IMG/VR virus record: IMGVR_UViG_3300033183_000299
Coordinates: 119,931-183,930 of that record
Source: a virus
Length of the DNA stretch: 64,000 nt
Strand: one strand, 5' to 3'
The translations under genes were made by a program, and so were the position numbers. The notes beneath the pieces are model-generated. The model was not told the origin of the DNA and did not search any database. It saw only the letters and a program-made list of their open reading frames with translations. Below, piece after piece: positions 8,537 to 16,049 of this stretch (positions are counted from its first letter, which is position 1; every line of letters starts with the position of its first letter).

Positions 8537-10066
8537 TTATTGTTGTTCGAACCAATTTATTGAGACGGTTCCATCCATCGCGGCCGTTGATTTTATTCCT
8601 ATTACTACTTGCGTCCCAGGTCCAAAAACAAAATCCATTAACGTTAAATCGATTGTTTTTGAAGAAGCCGATCCTACCACCAGCTCATAAAATGGCTGTC
8701 TGAGTGGTACTTTGAATGTTTGCGTTGACGGCGCCAAATTAGCATATGATACAATGCTGCTTTGCTCGTTTACATATTGGAAATTAACATCACCAGTAAC
8801 TTCACTATTCAAGAATAGTCCAATAGTCAAAGTCTTATTATTCACCTCATTTGAGGCTCCCAATTGTAATAAATCAAACTCCCCAAAAGATGATTGCCCA
8901 TTATACACCCTGTTTGCCTTAAGTATAGCTAGTGGCTTATATGTTGATGAGTTAAAACTAGAGAATGAAAAAGATAGGGCAAACTTTGGATCAAGCTTAG
9001 TCACCTTGCCTTCTGTGAACGCTGCCATTGAAACTGTTCTCAAGTCAACATTTGTTGTTCCTCCAATGTTTGCCGATGTTGCTAAAATTGATGCATTAGG
9101 ATTCTTCAAAACGGGAGTTGTTCTATTGTTGGCATTTTTAATTTGATGAAACTCGGTCATCAATCCCGTCTCCGGATTCTCAACGGCAAACTTCGCATTC
9201 CCAAAGCCCAAATATTGAAACCCAATTTGGTAGATGTTTCCAAGTTGTGGATTTAAAACCATCTCAGATGGTCCTGATCCGTCCAATCTATCCACATTAA
9301 AAGAAGCAGAAGGAATAAAAGTATTAAATTGTGCAACACCCTCTCTTGTTCTACTAAATGTTCCTGAGATTCCAGATCCAGCTACTGAATATGAACCAGT
9401 TAGTGGCCCTGATCTTGCCGACAAGAAGTATACAGAATCACCCACAGCATCAGCCAGCCATCCTCCATCAGAAAGGTTTGAATAGTCCCCTAGGGATAAT
9501 TGATAGGCCGTCTGTGTTACATCTGTTGCGCCGGTTACCGGTATTAAGATTGAATTTCCATTTAGAGTAACAGTAACGTTTCCGGTACCAGCACCGGTTA
9601 TAACTTGAAGCTTTCTTATTTCTCTCGAACCATCTTCAGAATGTAACACGCCAAAGAAGCCGCCAAAATATCCAACAAAGTAGCCACATTCAGAATTACC
9701 AAGTCCAATAAATTGTGCATTTCCAACATCAGGGGTTCCGAATAGCGCAGTTGCTCTCATCATTGATCCTTGACCAGACTTGTACTTAAGCCCTCTTCTG
9801 AGTTGGATAACAGCAGATCCAGTTGGTGATGTACCAGAAGATAAAACAGCCATTCCATCTTCTGCGGTGACAGTAGCGCCAGCATATTCACCTAAATTGA
9901 ATATTTGATCATTAACAATGTTATAAACAAAATCACCTTGAGCAACAGGTGTTAGTTGAGATACGGAAACTTCCCCAAATGTCGTTAAAGGCCCATCAAA
10001 GGATCCTGGGTTACCAGTTCCAGATGAAGGAAAGGACTTCTTTTTTCTTAAATCATTAAATCCCAT
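8537..10066 (-). CDS. Putative virion structural protein (G/S/T-rich, beta)
   Basis: ~509 aa from ATG 10066 (TAATG coupling); composition typical of virion proteins. Confidence 0.55.
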   Translation of the reverse strand: MGFNDLRKKKSFPSSGTGNPGSFDGPLTTFGEVSVSQLTPVAQGDFVYNIVNDQIFNLGEYAGATVTAEDGMAVLSSGTSPTGSAVIQLRRGLKYKSGQGSMMRATALFGTPDVGNAQFIGLGNSECGYFVGYFGGFFGVLHSEDGSREIRKLQVITGAGTGNVTVTLNGNSILIPVTGATDVTQTAYQLSLGDYSNLSDGGWLADAVGDSVYFLSARSGPLTGSYSVAGSGISGTFSRTREGVAQFNTFIPSASFNVDRLDGSGPSEMVLNPQLGNIYQIGFQYLGFGNAKFAVENPETGLMTEFHQIKNANNRTTPVLKNPNASILATSANIGGTTNVDLRTVSMAAFTEGKVTKLDPKFALSFSFSSFNSSTYKPLAILKANRVYNGQSSFGEFDLLQLGASNEVNNKTLTIGLFLNSEVTGDVNFQYVNEQSSIVSYANLAPSTQTFKVPLRQPFYELVVGSASSKTIDLTLMDFVFGPGTQVVIGIKSTAAMDGTVSINWFEQQ

Positions 10067-10479
10067 TAGCCAACTCCTGCCGATCCTGACCAATTATTAA
10101 CAAGATGCCCAGAGCTAATCCCTGTAAGTCCAGCAACAACAGATCCTGATGTTTCATATTCCGTGTCTGAGATTAAAAACACTTTAGATACTTTAAATTC
10201 TGCTTCGAACGTTTCTCCATTTTCTAAAACAACATAATTGTTGTCTTGAACCCCTTGGACCCCATTTGCAGAAAACCCAAAACGCAATGGCCTATCTGGA
10301 TCTGATGGTAACATTGAATTTGTTACGATAATAAATCTAGTAACCGTATCGAATGAAATCTCCAAAGGCTCAGAAGAATTATCTGGGATGTTCAGAGAAG
10401 AAGACAAAAAAGGTTTTGCCGAGGTTTGGAAAGATGGAACGTGTCCCAATCCATAATGATATTTAAAATCTTGACTCAT
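10066..10479 (-). CDS. Putative small virion structural protein
   Basis: 137 aa; candidate late motif 7 nt upstream of ATG. Confidence 0.55.
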   Translation of the reverse strand: MSQDFKYHYGLGHVPSFQTSAKPFLSSSLNIPDNSSEPLEISFDTVTRFIIVTNSMLPSDPDRPLRFGFSANGVQGVQDNNYVVLENGETFEAEFKVSKVFLISDTEYETSGSVVAGLTGISSGHLVNNWSGSAGVG

Positions 10480-10514
10480 AGTATCTTAAATAGTCTAGGT
10501 TTAAGTAAAGAAAT

Positions 10515-10540
10515 AAAAAAGCCTCTCCGAAGAAAGGCTT
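10515..10540 (-). terminator. Rho-independent terminator with cUUCGg loop
   Basis: AAGCCTTTC-TTCG-GAGAGGCTT followed by a T run on the minus strand. Confidence 0.85.
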
Positions 10541-10579
10541 GAGGAAACGTGAGAGCTCCAAAAGAACCAAGGTTCAAAG

Positions 10580-11113
10580 TTAAGTAGTTTCTCCCCATTT
10601 CTTCTTTAGGTATTCCTCTATCTTTTCTTCAACCAAATATTTGTAAGAGCTATGGACGTACAAATGATGAGTCGGACACAATGGTACAAGATTCTTAGGA
10701 TCATCATTATCGTGATTTTCATCATAATGATGGACGGCGACAATCTTATCTTCTCCGCACACTACGCACACTTTTTCGTGATGAGCCCAGCAGATGCTTC
10801 TGTAAGAATTGCCGGTGCCATAATGGTTTGGCATTATCTCTTTTATTCCCCCAATTTTTTGAGCAGCGTCTTTGCATGATCTAGAACAGAAAAACAAGCC
10901 AGATTTCGATTGTTTCTTTTTGCTGTTGTTTTTGTAAAATTCCTTCCCGCATTTTGCGCACTCAACATTTGGTTTCTTAGGCTTTATTTTTGATACCCTA
11001 TGTGCTGCTGAACATTTTCTTGTACAAAATTTTCCATTTCCCCTCTTCACTTCTCTCAATAATGCTTCAAACTCTTTGCCGCATTGTAGACATGGTTTTT
11101 TAATTGTAGTCAT
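10580..11113 (-). CDS. HNH homing endonuclease with two N-terminal Zn fingers
   Basis: CLQCGKEF..FCTRKC, CAKCGKEF..FCSRSC, CVVCG...VHHYDENHDNDDPKNLVPLCPTHH; AGGAGG RBS. Confidence 0.88.
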   Translation of the reverse strand: MTTIKKPCLQCGKEFEALLREVKRGNGKFCTRKCSAAHRVSKIKPKKPNVECAKCGKEFYKNNSKKKQSKSGLFFCSRSCKDAAQKIGGIKEIMPNHYGTGNSYRSICWAHHEKVCVVCGEDKIVAVHHYDENHDNDDPKNLVPLCPTHHLYVHSSYKYLVEEKIEEYLKKKWGETT

Positions 11114-11194
11114 TTCTACCTCCTATTTTATTAATAAGTAGTGTTGTGTAGTAAAAAAGCTTTGCGCAAAAAGATAGTTCTCCACGATTGATGC

Positions 11195-11226
11195 AAAAAA
11201 AACCTTCCATCAATTATAACGGAAGG
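11195..11226 (-). terminator. Rho-independent terminator after the tRNA
   Basis: CCTTCCGTTA-TAAT-TGATGGAAGG + T8 on the minus strand. Confidence 0.8.
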
Positions 11227-11229
11227 ATA

Positions 11230-11301
11230 TGGAGGTGGGGAGGCTCGAACTCCCAAGAAGGCCTTGCAAGGGCCCCAGTTTCCCAGTTAGCTTACACCCC
11301 C
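11230..11301 (-). tRNA. tRNA-Ala(UGC), CCA not encoded
   Basis: Cloverleaf GGGGGTG/CACCTCC-A with the G3:U70 alanine identity pair, anticodon arm GGGCC-CTTGCAA-GGCCT, T arm GGGAG-TTCGAGC-CTCCC; one mismatch in the D stem. Confidence 0.92.
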
Positions 11302-11311
11302 ACATGTAACC

Positions 11312-12145
11312 TTAAATAGTGTGCGTCAATACATTTGGTATTTCTTGCTTTTGATTTCTCAAGATTTCTCGATAACGCGAGATGACCTTAAAATAAAGCC
11401 CTGAATTCGTCTGAAGAAGCCAAGAATGGAGCTGGGCGAACGTTTGAGTTTGGCTATATGTTACCATTCCGTAGTGCTCAGAAAGCAGCTGTAGGGCATC
11501 CTCGGGGCTCGTTATTGTCCATTCTGATGTATTTTTCTCTTTGATACCCGAGAAATGATTAAATGTGTAGCCAATCTCCGAGAATAAAGCCACAAGAAAC
11601 TGTGTTCTGTGGAGTCCTTTTAGGCCATGTTCGCCATGAGAATAGTAGGACCAAGTAAGCCAATCGATGTCTCCAACCATCCAATCGATCTGTACATGAT
11701 CCCCTGTTGGGCCATTCTCGTCATGTTGCGGAAAGCATGTAAAGATGTTTCCAGCAGTTACTTGACCTCCGACATCAATGTTATTCTCTGCAATTTTTTC
11801 TGAGATTAGAGTTAGTAAAGCACGCATCTTGCTCATTTGGTAAGTTGCTGTTCGTGCTCTCTTGTGGATTTTTGTGTAAAGATTATTCCAATCGTCATAG
11901 TCAACACCCCACTTCTCCAATTCATCCCCAGTAAATGAGCGAACGATGTGAGTCCAGTCGATTGCTAGATCCAAGTCTCCCGATGTTTCTTTCTTGCCCG
12001 CTGATCCAACTGGCTTGAAGAAAGTTAAAGAGTGAGCCTTCATCGGGAAGATTTCTCCGAGAGCTTTTTTGTAAGCCTCGATTGTTGGTCTCACTCTGTC
12101 TTTTGAAATTGTTGTTGCTTTGTCTTTAAAGATGTTACCACCCAT
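11312..12145 (-). CDS. Pol-beta superfamily nucleotidyltransferase
   Basis: VGSAGKKETSGDLDL (GS..DxD) and VQIDWM third acidic residue; start ATG 12145 (MGGNIF) with GGAGG RBS. Confidence 0.75.
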   Translation of the reverse strand: MGGNIFKDKATTISKDRVRPTIEAYKKALGEIFPMKAHSLTFFKPVGSAGKKETSGDLDLAIDWTHIVRSFTGDELEKWGVDYDDWNNLYTKIHKRARTATYQMSKMRALLTLISEKIAENNIDVGGQVTAGNIFTCFPQHDENGPTGDHVQIDWMVGDIDWLTWSYYSHGEHGLKGLHRTQFLVALFSEIGYTFNHFSGIKEKNTSEWTITSPEDALQLLSEHYGMVTYSQTQTFAQLHSWLLQTNSGLYFKVISRYREILRNQKQEIPNVLTHTI

Positions 12146-12167
12146 AGTGTCCTCCATTGTTTTAAAC

Positions 12168-12196
12168 AATATAACACGTTTGGATTGACTTGTCAA
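12168..12196 (-). promoter_or_regulatory. sigma70-type promoter overlapping the primase stop
   Basis: TTGACA-N17(..CGTGT)-TATATT. Confidence 0.8.
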
Positions 12197-13128
12197 ATAT
12201 TTTCTAAAAGTTTTTCAAAGAAATACATTTCATTCTTAATTGGTCTGGCTTCTTCAAGTCTTTCCTTAAACTCTTCGCTACCCATTTCTCCAACATCTGC
12301 GTCATCAATTGGGATCTTGAAAACTTCGAGATCGTATTTTAAAAGCGACTTGATGATCCATTCGGCTTTCTTCTCGGCATCTTTGTCGAGAGCCATGTAG
12401 ACCGGTGTGTCGTGGATCGCGATTGCTTGGAACAAACGTGACTTTTCTCGAAGCGTTGAGCCAAGGATTGGGATTGCGTTCTCTCCAGCTGCGATTGCGT
12501 CAAAGACACCTTCGACAAGAATGATTGGTTCGTCCCAATCAATGTTTAGTTCGTTAAAAACGATATCACGATCTGTTGGAGGGTTGAGGTACCTACGCTG
12601 ATGCCCAACATAGCTGCGAGCAATGAAATAGTTACAGTCTCCATCAGAGTCAATGGACGGGATAATGATTCGTCCTCCATAGCGGCCCTCCTTGCAATAG
12701 CCAATTTTCCATTTTAAAATCTCTCGACGACCAATACCACGAGACGATAGATAACGGAAAGCGTCCGTTGAGTCCATCGGCAGGTCTTTGTTGCATAAAG
12801 AGATAAATTCGTCGGGAAGATCGATCTTTTGTTTCTCTTCCACATTGTTTAGTTCTTTAAAAAGATCCTCGAACTCATTAAGGTCAAGGCGACCTTGTAG
12901 TTCAAGATACTTTTGTCGTTGCTGGTATGTTCCGAACTTTCTTACAATTCGGTAAATGTTTTTATGTCGTGAATCGCAGTGCCAGCAATGTGCGCCTTTC
13001 TTAAAGTTTACTGCGAATTTTTTATTTCTGTGATTGCAATAAGGGCAAGTGAAATAATATTCATCTTGCCCTTGTCTTTTTGGATAACCCAAAATTTGAG
13101 TTAGAATTTTTAATTTATCTGCTTCCAT
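12193..13128 (-). CDS. DNA primase (DnaG/gp61-like)
   Basis: Zn ribbon CPYCNH...HCWHC, YLSSRGI, RIIIP, TOPRIM LVEGVFDAI and ALDKDA. Confidence 0.92.
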   Translation of the reverse strand: MEADKLKILTQILGYPKRQGQDEYYFTCPYCNHRNKKFAVNFKKGAHCWHCDSRHKNIYRIVRKFGTYQQRQKYLELQGRLDLNEFEDLFKELNNVEEKQKIDLPDEFISLCNKDLPMDSTDAFRYLSSRGIGRREILKWKIGYCKEGRYGGRIIIPSIDSDGDCNYFIARSYVGHQRRYLNPPTDRDIVFNELNIDWDEPIILVEGVFDAIAAGENAIPILGSTLREKSRLFQAIAIHDTPVYMALDKDAEKKAEWIIKSLLKYDLEVFKIPIDDADVGEMGSEEFKERLEEARPIKNEMYFFEKLLENI

Positions 13129-13146
13129 AGTTGTCCTCCTTTAAAT

Positions 13147-13175
13147 AACTTAACACGAAAAGAAAGACTTGTCAA
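13147..13175 (-). promoter_or_regulatory. sigma70-type promoter for the intact primase
   Basis: TTGACA-N17(..CGTGT)-TAAGTT followed by AGGAGG RBS. Confidence 0.75.
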
Positions 13176-13182
13176 GAAGAAA

Positions 13183-13746
13183 TTAATAATTAAATCTTTC
13201 CGCTCTTTCAATCGCCCTTGTAATCGTTGTTGTGTGAACTCCAATTTCTTTCGCAATTGATCCTTTTGTTTCTCCGGAAAGCCATCTTTCTCTGAACGAT
13301 GCTTCTTGTTCGTCCGTAAATCTTTTATTTGATTTACTTATCTTTCTTCGCCACTCTTCACTCACAGGCTTTCCGTAATGTGGGTGGTTTTCATCGGATA
13401 GTTTTTCAGATAGAAGTTGCTTTACTTCTTCTGTGTGGTTCAGTCCAGCCATAGGAGAGCCGGCTACCCTGCTAATGTTGTAGATTTCTTGACCGCCGCC
13501 AAAGGCTTCGTCAAGATATTCTTGCTCTTTCGCAAGCAAATTTGCTCTTCTTACTTCTTCAATCAATACGAACTCAAATTGATCTTCGCCGTGCTTGTCG
13601 TAAGAATTTTGAAGGTGGAAGTTGGTGTGAGTTCCGCTTCTCAAGTTTGACTTGTGATGTCTCCACCTTCTCTTGATATTGTTTGAAGATCCAATGTAAA
13701 ATTTTCCATTGACCTTATTTGTTATTTTGTAAATTCCCGAGTTCAT
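13183..13746 (-). CDS. GIY-YIG homing endonuclease with NUMOD3 and HTH
   Basis: SGIYKIT...FYIGSS...RW..H...E...N; HTEEVKQLLS, HPHYGKPVSEEWRRKIS; C-terminal IAKEIGVHTTTI. Confidence 0.92.
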   Translation of the reverse strand: MNSGIYKITNKVNGKFYIGSSNNIKRRWRHHKSNLRSGTHTNFHLQNSYDKHGEDQFEFVLIEEVRRANLLAKEQEYLDEAFGGGQEIYNISRVAGSPMAGLNHTEEVKQLLSEKLSDENHPHYGKPVSEEWRRKISKSNKRFTDEQEASFRERWLSGETKGSIAKEIGVHTTTITRAIERAERFNY

Positions 13747-13882
13747 TTTGACTATCCTCCGCTAACTTGGAGTTAATCAAATTCTCAACAAACTTTCCAA
13801 CCTTCAAACCCTTTTCTTTACAATAGTTCTTTAACTTCTCGTGGGTCTCTTCGTTGATTTTGAGATTTTTTAAATTAGACAT
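13715..13882 (-). CDS. Small ribbon-helix-helix DNA-binding protein (55 aa, below the track cut-off)
   Basis: Hand translation MSNLKNLKINEETHEKLKNYCKKKGLKVGKFVENLINSKLAEDSQNELGNLQNNK; AAGGAG RBS; beta-alpha-G-alpha pattern. Confidence 0.75.
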   Translation of the reverse strand: MSNLKNLKINEETHEKLKNYCKEKGLKVGKFVENLINSKLAEDSQNELGNLQNNK

Positions 13883-13898
13883 GATAACTCCTTTTACT

Positions 13899-14060
13899 CT
13901 AAATAGTCTCTAAAAGATAAAAAAGGATAAAAAAAGATAAGTTCACCGACATCTTCTTTTTGTGGTGATTGCAATAAGGGCAATGATACAAATGCTCATC
14001 GCCCTTTTGATAATAAGACCCAAGTATTTGGGTTACAATTTTTCTTTTGTCCTCGATCAT
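13899..14060 (-). pseudogene. Truncated duplicate of the primase N-terminus
   Basis: MIEDKRKIVTQILG...DEHLYHCPYCNHHKKKMSVN aligns with primase residues 1-41, then unrelated low-complexity sequence and stop; own AGGAGG RBS and promoter. Confidence 0.85.
13912..13940. repeat. Three AAA(A/G)GATAA direct repeats with exact 10-bp period
   Basis: GATAA at 13916, 13926 and 13936 on the + strand. Confidence 0.75.
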
Positions 14061-14077
14061 AATGTCCTCCTGTTTAT

Positions 14078-14106
14078 AAGATAACACGTCACAGAAGGTT
14101 TGTCAA
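14078..14106 (-). promoter_or_regulatory. sigma70-type promoter (probable original primase promoter)
   Basis: TTGACA-N17(..CGTGT)-TATCTT. Confidence 0.8.
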
Positions 14107-14116
14107 GTAAAAAGTT

Positions 14117-14500
14117 TTATTTGTTTATCTCCATCATAATCTTCTCGGCTATATCTGAGACCTGAGCAGCTGGGATTCCGAGTGTGTTAGTTAAATAACC
14201 TGTAAGATCGAATCCTTCATCTTGTAGATTTTTAGCGATCTCCTTTGCTGCGAATCCGGCCCGTGAAATGGACGATATCCCAGCGTCATCTCTTAAAATT
14301 TTGGCAATTTCCATTTTCATTTGCATGTCTGGAGTGGAAAAATCTGGTGTTTCTCGTCTATCGGATGGGTGAAGATTCGGAGAGGTGTAGTCCCTTGGGT
14401 TTATATCATATTTACTTCTAAAGCGACGGTCGCCTTCGTTTATTACAGCTTCAAGCTCTTCTTTGATAATTCTTTTTAGGGCTTCTTTTGTGAGCTTCAT
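14117..14500 (-). CDS. Hypothetical protein with MKLTK..LKRIIKEELEAV leader
   Basis: 127 aa ORF with GGAG RBS; leader shared with 15107..15364. Confidence 0.7.
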   Translation of the reverse strand: MKLTKEALKRIIKEELEAVINEGDRRFRSKYDINPRDYTSPNLHPSDRRETPDFSTPDMQMKMEIAKILRDDAGISSISRAGFAAKEIAKNLQDEGFDLTGYLTNTLGIPAAQVSDIAEKIMMEINK

Positions 14501-14525
14501 TTTGATGTCTCCGCTAAATGAATGA

Positions 14526-15044
14526 TTATGCTTTAAATAGTTGCATAAATTGTTCTTCGCTTACACCATCTGGGAGAAACTTAGCGATCGACTCTCCGTT
14601 TCGTAATGCTTCTCGGAACTGCGTGGCGGATAGTTCATCCTTCATTTCAAACATCGGAACTTCGATTGTGTTGAAGCGAGTTGTCTTAAAGTATTTCATG
14701 AAACGCTCTTGATAGACGGCATCCTTTGAAGAGCACCCAAGACCCATCGGCTCATTCACTCTTGTCTCGGCATAGTCATAGCAATCGCTCAAAGGATTGG
14801 TGTAAGGGCCTTTCTTGCCTTCTCTAAGGGTTGCCCTGCGGTATGTTAGTTTTGGGTGCTCAAGCAAGCCGTAGAGGTCAAGGATCGCCTCCGTTGTCTC
14901 GAGACAGAATTCGTCTCGCTCTTTTGATCCAATGTAAAGACGAACTTCTTTAACGTCGGGATTGTCGAGATAAAACTTAATGTAGTCATAGTGACCTTTG
15001 TGAGGTGGCTTAAAGCCGCCTGGGATTAAAACTGTGTATTGCAT
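14526..15044 (-). CDS. HIGH-motif nucleotidyltransferase (cytidylyltransferase/NMNAT/PPAT-like)
   Basis: PGGFKPPHKGH and LSATQFREAL motifs. Confidence 0.8.
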   Translation of the reverse strand: MQYTVLIPGGFKPPHKGHYDYIKFYLDNPDVKEVRLYIGSKERDEFCLETTEAILDLYGLLEHPKLTYRRATLREGKKGPYTNPLSDCYDYAETRVNEPMGLGCSSKDAVYQERFMKYFKTTRFNTIEVPMFEMKDELSATQFREALRNGESIAKFLPDGVSEEQFMQLFKA

Positions 15045-15063
15045 ATGTCCTCCGTGTTTTAGT

Positions 15064-15092
15064 AATGTAACACGTTTGGATCATCTTGTCAA
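15064..15092 (-). promoter_or_regulatory. sigma70-type promoter
   Basis: TTGACA-N17(..CGTGT)-TACATT. Confidence 0.85.
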
Positions 15093-15106
15093 GTAAAAAG
15101 TTTAAA

Positions 15107-15364
15107 TTAATAATCACCTAAGGCATCAGCCAGGGCTTCTGCTTGGTTATAATCTCTGACTTCTTGTTCGCGAGTCTTCGGTGTTCCATCGGGTTTAGTT
15201 CTAGATGCAAGTTCTCTAATTTTAGGATGTGGATGATCGAGTAGTCGCTTTCTCTTTTCTAATGCCGCTTGTATGTCTGGGCTGATATAAGTTTTAGAGC
15301 CTTCTAAGACAGCTTCAAGCTCTTCTTTAATGATTCTTTTCAAAGATTGTTTTGTAAGTTTCAT
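15107..15364 (-). CDS. Hypothetical protein with MKLTK..LKRIIKEELEAV leader
   Basis: 85 aa ORF with AGGAG RBS. Confidence 0.7.
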   Translation of the reverse strand: MKLTKQSLKRIIKEELEAVLEGSKTYISPDIQAALEKRKRLLDHPHPKIRELASRTKPDGTPKTREQEVRDYNQAEALADALGDY

Positions 15365-15389
15365 GATTTAATCTCCTGTGTATTCTTAA

Positions 15390-15905
15390 CTAGTCTCGAA
15401 CATCAAAATGAGACATCGCAACAACAATAGCATCAGCTTCGTCATCGAGTCCTGGTTTTGGATTTCCATGATTGGTATATTCCATAATGAAGCCGTCAAT
15501 GTTTTCATTTACCCATTCCAATACGACAACCTTTGCCTTTGTTCCTCTTGGGACTTTAATGCCGCATCTGGATCGTGCTGTGGTGGCTCCAACGAGCGTT
15601 GGTGGTTTACCTAGGTGTTGATAGGCTAAGAGGCTTACCATGCCGTTAAACCGCTGTAGAGAGCTCATAGTCTTTGCTGTGGTCTTACCTCCGGAGAACA
15701 TTGAGAATGGCTCTTCAATTCTAACCTCGGAGATCTGATACTTGGCGAACAGAGGTTCGAGAACCTTTTGCTCTAGAGCCTCTGCTCTTTCTTCTAAAGG
15801 TGTCTTTGGTTTGGTCTTGAAGAAGTCTGAGTCAACATACTTTCCATCTTCGTCAATAATAGCCCAACCAATCCTTGAGGTTGAGACGTCAAGTCCCATA
15901 ATCAT
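15390..15905 (-). CDS. ruvC: RuvC-like Holliday junction resolvase
   Basis: MGLDVSTSRIGWAII, IEEPF, DDEADAIVVA; start ATG 15905 with GGAG RBS. Confidence 0.85.
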   Translation of the reverse strand: MIMGLDVSTSRIGWAIIDEDGKYVDSDFFKTKPKTPLEERAEALEQKVLEPLFAKYQISEVRIEEPFSMFSGGKTTAKTMSSLQRFNGMVSLLAYQHLGKPPTLVGATTARSRCGIKVPRGTKAKVVVLEWVNENIDGFIMEYTNHGNPKPGLDDEADAIVVAMSHFDVRD

Positions 15906-15960
15906 TTTAGCTCCAAATGCTTTGTTTCTAAACTTTTTAGTCAAAAAGTAATAGTTTTTG

Positions 15961-15989
15961 TTGACATATTTAAAATAATATGTTATAAT
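15961..15989 (+). promoter_or_regulatory. Consensus sigma70 promoter pointing antisense into the structural operon
   Basis: TTGACA-tatttaaaataataTGt-TATAAT. Confidence 0.7.
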
Positions 15990-16015
15990 ACATTAATAAT
16001 AAGAAGTATAATAAT

Positions 16016-16044
16016 AGTATAACATATAGAAGGGAGTATGTCAA
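16016..16044 (-). promoter_or_regulatory. sigma70-type promoter for ruvC
   Basis: TTGACA-tactcccttctataTGt-TATACT. Confidence 0.8.
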
Positions 16045-16049
16045 GTAAA

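Noticed and set aside
15390-15905. RuvC-fold protein as TnpB/Cas12-like effector
   Set aside because: Only about 171 aa with a compact resolvase layout, no Zn finger or REC region, no flanking element ends.
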